In this document: positions 60,371 to 64,000 of the stretch, in pieces
Position numbering within the stretch: the first letter of the stretch is position 1
Layout of the letters: the number at the start of each line of letters is the position of its first letter
Origin: an uncultured virus (IMG/VR IMGVR_UViG_3300038424_000133)
Taxonomy: Duplodnaviria > Heunggongvirae > Uroviricota > Caudoviricetes
IMG/VR virus record: IMGVR_UViG_3300038424_000133
Reading direction: 5' to 3' (one strand)
DNA length: 64,000 nt
Program-made: the position numbers and the translations under genes
The notes under the pieces: model-generated
Seen by the model: only the letters and a program-made list of their open reading frames with translations
Databases searched by the model: none
Told to the model about the DNA's origin: nothing

Positions 60371-60837
60371 CCATATTTCTCCATTATATACTCATAATAA
60401 TCTGACCAACTTATAAAGATTTCGGTTGAACAGCCCACAAGCCAACTTGGTAATTCACTTGGTTTCAGACTTCGTTCCGTAATAACATATATTGGTTTTC
60501 CAAGATAACATGCTAATGTAACTTCTCCGTAACTTCCACAAATTTCATAACCGTTAAGTTTAGGAATCCAAACAGTCAAGAAGTCTGCTTTTTTAACCAT
60601 AATTAAATCTGTTTCAATCATATGACTACTAACAAGAGAACGGGTAGTTTCAATATCTCCCCTTTGATTAGCATCATAAATTTGCTTTCTAATATCATCA
60701 GTATTACCTTTAATATTAAATGGATTTAGTGCTTCTATGCCCATTTTTCCAAGTCTTTCAGTTGCTTCTTCACGCCACTTTCGGCATTCACCATTATTAG
60801 TTAAAGTTATCGGACCTGTTAAATATGTTTTAAGCAT
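60367..60837 (-). CDS. nucleoside 2-deoxyribosyltransferase-like protein
   Basis: YLTGPI, LNPF, DL..V..AD, GSYGEV..A...GKP. Confidence 0.75.
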   Translation of the reverse strand: MLKTYLTGPITLTNNGECRKWREEATERLGKMGIEALNPFNIKGNTDDIRKQIYDANQRGDIETTRSLVSSHMIETDLIMVKKADFLTVWIPKLNGYEICGSYGEVTLACYLGKPIYVITERSLKPSELPSWLVGCSTEIFISWSDYYEYIMEKYG

Positions 60838-61228
60838 TTTTATTATACCACTCCAAATACATCTTACATATAATAGAATAACGACTTAATAAGTCTTTCG
60901 GCATAAGTTTAGCTACTTCTAAAACTCTTTCAGGTGATTGTTTTAAGATGTTCATTAAACCGTCTCCAGCTTGATGACATGGAAAACAAAGTTCAGCAGT
61001 ATTATCAAGTATTAGTATTGGATTAGCCTTAACAGTTTCAGGTTTATAAGCATATTTAAAATGATGCAAAGCAGTTATTTTAATTTCATTTTTTATTACC
61101 GATTTATGGCAAGCCTTACAAATATGGTTTCTTGGGTCAAAAGGTAATGTTATTACACAGCCATTTCCGCCTGAGCCACAGTAACGCATTCTATATTGTT
61201 TACGCTTAAATAGTTTTTCTTCTGCCAT
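60830..61228 (-). CDS. HNH-like protein
   Basis: CKAC...LHH...NTAELCFPCH. Confidence 0.55.
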   Translation of the reverse strand: MAEEKLFKRKQYRMRYCGSGGNGCVITLPFDPRNHICKACHKSVIKNEIKITALHHFKYAYKPETVKANPILILDNTAELCFPCHQAGDGLMNILKQSPERVLEVAKLMPKDLLSRYSIICKMYLEWYNKNA

Positions 61229-61647
61229 TAAATAAACATCCTTTCAAAGCACTCGGCATGGTAATAATAATGGCGTGATTTACGATGTTTAGAAACTACC
61301 AATTGAGTATAAACTATCTTAACTGGATAACCACATTTTCCACATACAGAAATAATTGTATCTTCATGTGACCGATATTGTTTTTTTAAACCAATATTAT
61401 CTGTATGTTCAAGATGTTCAAGTGGAGTTTGATTACCGCAATTGATGCATTCGGCATAACCTTTCCATGTTATCTTTCTCTCAAAGTATGGGTCGTGAAG
61501 TTTTTCATCACCAGTTTCGTATATGCAATGTGGAGCGCAACAAATTAATTTCATGCCTCTACCATGAGTTTCGAAACCATCGCCAGCAAGTATATGCTCT
61601 AAAGTTGGAGTTAAAAGAAATTTTGTTGTCATTTTTCTTCTTCCCAT
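61228..61647 (-). CDS. Zn-binding hypothetical protein
   Basis: CINCG, CGKCG, YHAEC. Confidence 0.55.
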   Translation of the reverse strand: MGRRKMTTKFLLTPTLEHILAGDGFETHGRGMKLICCAPHCIYETGDEKLHDPYFERKITWKGYAECINCGNQTPLEHLEHTDNIGLKKQYRSHEDTIISVCGKCGYPVKIVYTQLVVSKHRKSRHYYYHAECFERMFI

Positions 61648-61825
61648 TTATCTACTTTTAAAGATTTAGATTCTGGAAACCTTTTTCTTGCATCATCAAT
61701 TAATATTTTTCTTCCAAAAGGTGTAAGATGAACTAATGCTCCACATCTACCACAAATAAAGTTCATACCACCACCACCATCTACGCCTTCATAACCATCT
61801 TTATGTGGACAAGTTTCAGGGTTTA

Positions 61826-62848
61826 TCATTCTGATGATTCTTCCTGTGCATTTACACCTAAATCTTTTGCAAGTTCTTCGGTTGTTTCTTCTACTTCTTT
61901 ATCTCCTTTCTTTTCTTTCTCTTTCTTTTTAAGGTCTTCCTGAGTCATCTTCTCTTCATATTTAGCCGCATTATCAAGCACTTGTTTAGCTACAGCCGCA
62001 TCTTTTGGAATATCTTCTATGCCTTTTTCTGTAATTACAAATGAACGTTCAGCAAGTTTATTAAAACTTGAATCAACCATCCTAACTACTCTAACATTGC
62101 CTGTACTTTTCATAAAAAATAATACAAAATCTGGCTGATGTGCTAACGAATGACCACCTATTGGTTTCTGTGTTTCTTCTTTGGGTTTTGGAAAACCACC
62201 AGCATTAGGTTCATCATAAACCTGTGATGTATATAATAAAGCGGCTTTATGCATTTTACTTGCGGTTTCAAGCTGAGATATGAATTCTCTAAGCAAACCT
62301 GTCTTTAATCCTAAAGTTTCTCTGCCCTGAAATTCTATCCCTCTGAAATGTTTATTAAGTGAATCACATATGATTAAATCAACTTTGCCATCAATATCTG
62401 CTGGGCTTGGCAAACTTGTAGAAACAATCATTTGTTCCATCCAGTTTTTAGGCTGATAATAGATAATTTTATCTCTAACTTTCTCCCAATTAATTCCTCT
62501 TGTTTCGCACATTTCTCTTAGTCTTTCCATCCTGCAACTATCTTCAACATCAACATAAATAACCCAACCATCTGTTAATACTGTGCACGTTTCACAGGTT
62601 TGTGTTTTACCTGTTCTAAATTCTCCATAAAGCAATGTTGATTTACCTTCTGGTATTCCACCACCTATAATGTCATCAATAACTGTGTTTGTCTTAACTT
62701 TAATTTCGCTTTTTTCAGACGCTTCTTTCTTTTTTAAATCTATCGGTTTTATCTTGGTATTTAATTTAACACTATCGGCATATTCTTTAAACTGGCTATT
62801 CTTTTTCTTTATGAGAAATTCTTTAATTTCATCTATACTATCTCCCAT
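61826..62848 (-). CDS. radA: RadA-like recombinase
   Basis: GGGIP..LYGEFRTGKTQ, ICDSL..HFR, SQV, PIGGH.LAH, VRMVDSS. Confidence 0.85.
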   Translation of the reverse strand: MGDSIDEIKEFLIKKKNSQFKEYADSVKLNTKIKPIDLKKKEASEKSEIKVKTNTVIDDIIGGGIPEGKSTLLYGEFRTGKTQTCETCTVLTDGWVIYVDVEDSCRMERLREMCETRGINWEKVRDKIIYYQPKNWMEQMIVSTSLPSPADIDGKVDLIICDSLNKHFRGIEFQGRETLGLKTGLLREFISQLETASKMHKAALLYTSQVYDEPNAGGFPKPKEETQKPIGGHSLAHQPDFVLFFMKSTGNVRVVRMVDSSFNKLAERSFVITEKGIEDIPKDAAVAKQVLDNAAKYEEKMTQEDLKKKEKEKKGDKEVEETTEELAKDLGVNAQEESSE

Positions 62849-63162
62849 TATAAACCGCCTTCTTTCATATATTCATCAACTACAGATTTAGACTTATCCC
62901 AATCCTTACTAAAGTTGAAACCAATCTTTTGCTTTCGCTTCCAACCAAATACTCCTGTTCCAACCCATTTATCACCTTCTTTACGCTTCTTTTCAGTCAT
63001 CTGCCATTGATAAATCATAACTTTATTATGACCGAAACTATTGGCAAGCAAAACTGCAAACCACCATTTATTATTCTTGTATATGGTAGTTCCTTTAAGA
63101 ACTTGAATTGATTCATCAACTGGAAATGGTTCGCTTGGATTTGGAAAATTATTATTCGACAT
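62848..63162 (-). CDS. hypothetical protein (possibly PC4-like ssDNA-binding)
   Basis: Trp-rich beta pattern next to radA; fold is a guess. Confidence 0.4.
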   Translation of the reverse strand: MSNNNFPNPSEPFPVDESIQVLKGTTIYKNNKWWFAVLLANSFGHNKVMIYQWQMTEKKRKEGDKWVGTGVFGWKRKQKIGFNFSKDWDKSKSVVDEYMKEGGL

Positions 63163-63556
63163 ATTCAGCCGCCTTTTTTTGTTCTTTCTTCAATTCATTA
63201 ATGTATGTTGCCGCCATCTTCTTTAGCTGGTTTTCATATAATTCGTTAAATTTAATTTTATCTAAAATAGCAATTCTATCATTGAGACTTATGAAAACTT
63301 TATCTATTAGTGATTTTATTATAGCATCGAGACTTTGAATTCTTTTAGCAATATTATCGGCTACTTCTGGACCTTCATTTAATGATACGGCAATATTGTC
63401 AATCAAAATATTTATATTATCCATCATAGCCCTGTACTCTGGACCAATATCTTCTTTCTTTTCCCAAACTTTTAAACAGTCTGGAATTGGATAATCATGT
63501 TTCAATTTTAATTTGGGGATTTCAATTACTTCTTCTGGTTTATCTTTTTCACTCAT
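63152..63556 (-). CDS. hypothetical helical protein
   Basis: ORF with own promoter. Confidence 0.55.
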   Translation of the reverse strand: MSEKDKPEEVIEIPKLKLKHDYPIPDCLKVWEKKEDIGPEYRAMMDNINILIDNIAVSLNEGPEVADNIAKRIQSLDAIIKSLIDKVFISLNDRIAILDKIKFNELYENQLKKMAATYINELKKEQKKAAEYVE

Positions 63557-63740
63557 TAATATCTACCTTTACAATTAAATAGACTTCGGGGTTAATAAAG
63601 GTTTCGGTTTACCATCCACGCCGTTGTTCTTCTGGTGTATTTAAAATTTTAAAAACACATCCACAATCTGGGCAAACTTGCCATCTATCCCATTTTACAT
63701 TATTCTTTCCACATTTAGGACAAAACATCTACTCACCCCT

Positions 63741-63902
63741 TCATTCTCCCCAATCTTCGCCTTCGAGCATTTCAGATTGACAGAAGACTCCGTTTTTATT
63801 TTCTAATTCTATGCCACAACTTGGGCAATTGACTAATTCTCCATTTTCTGAGTCATCTGGAATCTCAACATCGCAACCACATTCAGGGCATTTTACTATC
63901 AT
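63741..63902 (-). CDS. lysW: LysW/ArgW-like amino-group carrier protein
   Basis: MIVKCPECG...GELVNCPSCGIELE...EGEDWGE*; the terminal EDWGE is diagnostic. Confidence 0.85.
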   Translation of the reverse strand: MIVKCPECGCDVEIPDDSENGELVNCPSCGIELENKNGVFCQSEMLEGEDWGE

Positions 63903-64000
63903 TTCAACATCACAAGATTTATAATATAAAAACAAGTATTTAAAGTTTACTCTAAAAAAGAAAAGAGAGGAAAGTTTGTCAAATCAGCTTATCTTTTGCT

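Noticed and set aside
726..63338. Most plus-strand ORFs in the track (e.g. 2767-3084, 9653-10072, 37154-37543, 52470-52841)
   Set aside because: They are antisense shadows of well-supported minus-strand genes and lack RBS, promoter or motifs.

Overview
The window is a 64 kb segment of an AT-rich genome, almost certainly a tailed dsDNA archaeal virus. Evidence: BRE/TATA promoters, GGTGA ribosome-binding sites, MCM, RadA, an archaeo-eukaryotic primase and LysW, plus portal and tail genes. Nearly all genes are on the minus strand. Layout: (1) about 1-21 kb holds short, often Cys-rich genes, three ATPases, a collagen-like surface protein and ThyA; (2) about 21-36 kb holds nucleotide-metabolism genes, an RNA ligase, a TOPRIM protein and a glycan-synthesis cluster; (3) MCM; (4) a tail and portal module at about 38.6-57.9 kb; (5) primase, dCMP deaminase, RadA and LysW. 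About eight free-standing HNH genes are scattered throughout. The most unusual feature is a set of 15 intact and 2 frameshifted small proteins from several unrelated families that all end in F-[I/V]-F-R-stop. The codons differ, so the tag appears selected as a peptide, suggesting a C-terminally tagged effector or adaptor system. Also found: a promoter-driven structured ncRNA candidate, two palindromic elements at fixed spacing from TATA boxes, a -1 frameshift in the tail chaperone and a roughly 60-repeat protein. All calls come from reading motifs by eye; no database search was run.
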